Shown piece by piece: positions 61,133 through 64,000 of a stretch of 64,000 bases of DNA (its first letter is position 1; every line of letters starts with the position of its first letter). The translations under genes were made by a program, and so were the position numbers. Origin of the DNA: an uncultured virus (IMG/VR IMGVR_UViG_3300018878_000121) (lineage: Duplodnaviria; Heunggongvirae; Uroviricota; Caudoviricetes); IMG/VR virus record IMGVR_UViG_3300018878_000121, positions 62,001 through 126,000 of that record; one strand, given 5' to 3'. The notes beneath the pieces were generated by a model. It worked only from the letters and a program-made list of their open reading frames with translations, was not told where the DNA came from and made no database searches.

Positions 61133-62229
61133 AAAATTATTCTCTCCTTAAACAATTGTAAAAATTTATCCATTCCTTCATCTATTGGACTTGCTTTATA
61201 ATTAGTTATCATATTTTTATCAAAAATAAATGAAATATTTACAAAATTCTTATATTTAGAATATAATTGTAATAAATTCTTTTTTAAGTGTTTAAATTCA
61301 TCATCGCCTATTTGTTGAAATTGTCTGTCAAAAGCAACAATAATTTCTTGCACTCCCATTTCTATTAATAATTGAATTTGATAAGATGAAATACTACTAC
61401 CACAACAAGAAACACTAATATCATTTTCTTCACCGAAATAAGAACGATATAAAAGATTAGATTTTTCGCCTTCAAACACAATAGCTTTTTTCATAATTTT
61501 AATATTATCTTTACTGTGATTTAAATTGTATAAATTCATTCCAAGAGGATGATTATATAACTGTTTATTAACTTTAATTGGCCTATATTTTCCATATCGT
61601 TCAGCATCATCGGCGCAAAGTGTGCGGCCGCGCAGCCCCACGAATCTATTATCTTTATCAAAATGAGGAATCGTGATTTGGTCGCCTCCTGGATAATAAC
61701 CAATACGAGCATTTTTCATTGTCTCTAAACTAATTCCTTCTTTAATCCAAGGACTAATTATTACATTATAATTAAATCTATCAAGAATATTATTATCATA
61801 TTCTTTTAAAATAATATTATTAGTTTTTAATTCAATTTCTTGAATTCGTTCATAATTAGAAAAATATTTCCAATCTTCTAAATCAGATTGATTATCTTCT
61901 TCTATAGAACCAGAAATACCAAATTTTTGAGCAATCCAACGAATAGCATCATTTAAATCAAATACTTGATTATGTTGAATTTTCATAATTTTTATAACTA
62001 ATTCAAAAATATCAAAATAAGCATCACAACCAGTATAACATTTAAATAAATTACTATTTTCATAATAATATAATTTTCTACTTCCTTCTCCGGGGTAATT
62101 ATGGCAAATGGTGGAGGATAAAATGCCAAAATTTGAATATTCTGGTTCTCCTCCCCATTCTTGTAATAAATCATATATATTATGAATTGTTAAATTATCT
62201 CTAATTTCATTCTTATCAAATACTATCAT
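61129..62229 (-). CDS. dnaG: DNA primase (Zn-binding + TOPRIM)
   Basis: ICHN...CYTGC zinc finger, IPH..VGLRGR, LYNL, VFEGEKS, VAFD. Confidence 0.85.
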   Translation of the reverse strand: MIVFDKNEIRDNLTIHNIYDLLQEWGGEPEYSNFGILSSTICHNYPGEGSRKLYYYENSNLFKCYTGCDAYFDIFELVIKIMKIQHNQVFDLNDAIRWIAQKFGISGSIEEDNQSDLEDWKYFSNYERIQEIELKTNNIILKEYDNNILDRFNYNVIISPWIKEGISLETMKNARIGYYPGGDQITIPHFDKDNRFVGLRGRTLCADDAERYGKYRPIKVNKQLYNHPLGMNLYNLNHSKDNIKIMKKAIVFEGEKSNLLYRSYFGEENDISVSCCGSSISSYQIQLLIEMGVQEIIVAFDRQFQQIGDDEFKHLKKNLLQLYSKYKNFVNISFIFDKNMITNYKASPIDEGMDKFLQLFKERIIL

Positions 62230-62402
62230 TAAAAAGTTAATACGCGGGTAACAGGTCTAAGAAGACCATATTGCTCATTGACTACCTTACAAAGATATTC
62301 ATTAGGACGCATTTTCTTATCAAGCCCATCACGACTTCTTAAAAGTTCCTTAGCTAATTCTTCAGGCATCTTATACTCAAAATAAGCATTCTTGTTTTCC
62401 AT
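62229..62402 (-). CDS. Small hypothetical protein (57 aa)
   Basis: GAGG RBS; MENKNAYFEYKMP...VLTF-TAA overlapping the primase ATG. Confidence 0.7.
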   Translation of the reverse strand: MENKNAYFEYKMPEELAKELLRSRDGLDKKMRPNEYLCKVVNEQYGLLRPVTRVLTF

Positions 62403-62416
62403 AATTATTACCTCTC

Positions 62417-63958
62417 TTATTCATTATATTCAAAAGCTGATTCTTCATCTAATTTAATTTTGATATCTTTCATATCTATTAATTCATAATCATATGAAGT
62501 ACAAAACATAGGTTGAATTCTACAACAACCCAAATCTGCTTTACACCATAAATAAACACCTTTATAACGTCCTCGTCTATTTTTATAAACAGACAATTTA
62601 ATTGTGGGTTTATCAAAAACATTAGTTGCTAAAATTGTTTCTAAAGCTTGAATATCTTCTTCTTTTACATTTAATAAAATCGCACCCACGTCAATTTTAT
62701 CGGCAATTGCTTTAGCACCTCTCAGTAATGTTTGGTCTGGAGTTTTTGATTCGGCAAAATCACCATTTAACTGCGTTGCTGACATAATAAACACTCCATA
62801 TTGATTACAAATATCTTTTAATCGTGTAGATAACATAAATAAAATATTATCTTCACGCAATTTAATACCGCCACTTCTTCGCGTTATTTCTTCAAGAATT
62901 TTTAAACTTGTATGAATATAGTCATGAAAAATATAATATACATCATGGTCACGAATATTTCTTTTAATTGTATTTTCTACATCTTTTAAAGAAAAATCTG
63001 GCAATTCTTCTACATAAAGTGGAGCATTAGATAAGATTTTAGCTGCTTCTAAAACCCTTTCTTCTTCATTACCATCATATTGACCATTTAAAATATGCTC
63101 TTCATTAACATTAGATATAAAAGCTAACATCATAGTTTGAACTTCTTCAAGTTCCTGTTCTGTTGTAATGAACAATACTGGTCTATTAACACCACAACTA
63201 ATCCATCCAAAAGATTCATCATAAATTTTATTACAAGCAATATAACAAGCATCAGCTATCATACTTCTTGTTTTTCCAACACCTGTAGCTGCTGAACGCA
63301 AATAAAATTTTTTTAATCTTGCTCCACGAGTAACTGTATTAATCAATGGTCCATATAATGGAACACCAACTTCTGGATGTTGTTTAAATTTATCAATCAA
63401 TTCAAAAATTCCATCGGCGGCTTGACTGGCTTCTCCATCACTATCATCCACATATTGAAGTCTAATATTATCAATTTTTTTATCAACTTGGTCAGCAATC
63501 TCTTCAAGATTTACATTATCCAACCAATCTTCTTGAATTTGTTTCTTTTTTACATCAAGAATATTATTTGGGTCATATAAATCAGAAATATCAATGCCGC
63601 AATTATCATAAGCTCTTAAAAGAGTGAACTTTTTTAATCTATTATAATAATAATCAAATGTTGAACTCATACAAGTTTCAGCAGCTTTTAAAATCCACTC
63701 TTCACCTTTTTGTTGTTTATATATTGCCGCACTTTTTGGTCTATTGGATAGAAAATCTGATATATTTTCTAATGTAATTTTTTTTGCTCCCAATTCATAA
63801 ATTTTATAAATTGCTCCAAAAATTATACGATGGAATTCATCTGGAAAATCTTCATCTGTAATAATATATTTATCAGTAAAATCTAAAATTTGCGGTGTAT
63901 TATATACACATCCAATTACTTGAATAATTGCTTGTATATCTACATATTGTGATGCCAT
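62417..63958 (-). CDS. dnaB: DnaB-like replicative helicase
   Basis: SAATGVGKT Walker A, FITTE, HDYIH, ATQLN, KNRRG. Confidence 0.88.
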   Translation of the reverse strand: MASQYVDIQAIIQVIGCVYNTPQILDFTDKYIITDEDFPDEFHRIIFGAIYKIYELGAKKITLENISDFLSNRPKSAAIYKQQKGEEWILKAAETCMSSTFDYYYNRLKKFTLLRAYDNCGIDISDLYDPNNILDVKKKQIQEDWLDNVNLEEIADQVDKKIDNIRLQYVDDSDGEASQAADGIFELIDKFKQHPEVGVPLYGPLINTVTRGARLKKFYLRSAATGVGKTRSMIADACYIACNKIYDESFGWISCGVNRPVLFITTEQELEEVQTMMLAFISNVNEEHILNGQYDGNEEERVLEAAKILSNAPLYVEELPDFSLKDVENTIKRNIRDHDVYYIFHDYIHTSLKILEEITRRSGGIKLREDNILFMLSTRLKDICNQYGVFIMSATQLNGDFAESKTPDQTLLRGAKAIADKIDVGAILLNVKEEDIQALETILATNVFDKPTIKLSVYKNRRGRYKGVYLWCKADLGCCRIQPMFCTSYDYELIDMKDIKIKLDEESAFEYNE

Positions 63959-64000
63959 TAAACATCATCCTCCTATTCTTCATCCAAAAACGTAAATAAT

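Noticed and set aside
63958..64000. 3' end of an upstream gene (…LFTFLDEE-TAG-EDDV-TAA)
   Set aside because: Only about 14 codons are visible, too little to call a product or to decide whether this TAG is read through, although the TAATG overlap with dnaB favours read-through.

Overview
This window is a 64-kb, very AT-rich segment of a large tailed phage, probably infecting a Firmicutes/Clostridia host (inferred from Gram-positive-type AGGAGG ribosome-binding sites, a LytTR regulator, a class III RNR and sigmaA promoters). The phage reads TAG as glutamine (genetic code 15). The supplied ORF track is broken at in-frame TAG codons; re-reading TAG as Gln joins the fragments into long genes that end in TAA or TGA. 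The plus strand (1-44117) holds a tail morphogenesis module: tape measure, tail/baseplate proteins, fibres, and a 2050-aa protein with CotH-kinase-like and LRR regions. Next comes a consensus-promoter operon encoding a 389-aa Ser/Thr/Asn/Tyr/Cys-rich protein (22 Cys, missed entirely by the ORF track), two radical-SAM enzymes, an unknown protein and a 4Fe-4S aldo/keto-reductase-like protein. After that are a holin, an opposite-strand orphan LytTR regulator and a six-gene spore-surface-like cassette. The minus strand (44144-64000) holds DNA metabolism and replication genes: RuvC-like resolvase, dUTPase, nrdG, a MuF-like gene, nrdD, gmk, dnaE split by a group I intron carrying a GIY-YIG endonuclease, RecD/Dda-like helicase, a secreted lysozyme-like protein, recJ, primase and DnaB; the core replication genes lack TAG. 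The best candidate for an undescribed system is the RiPP-like radical-SAM cassette at 33589-39612, which may post-translationally modify a large, possibly virion-attached Cys-rich protein. Product names come from motif recognition by eye, not from database searches.
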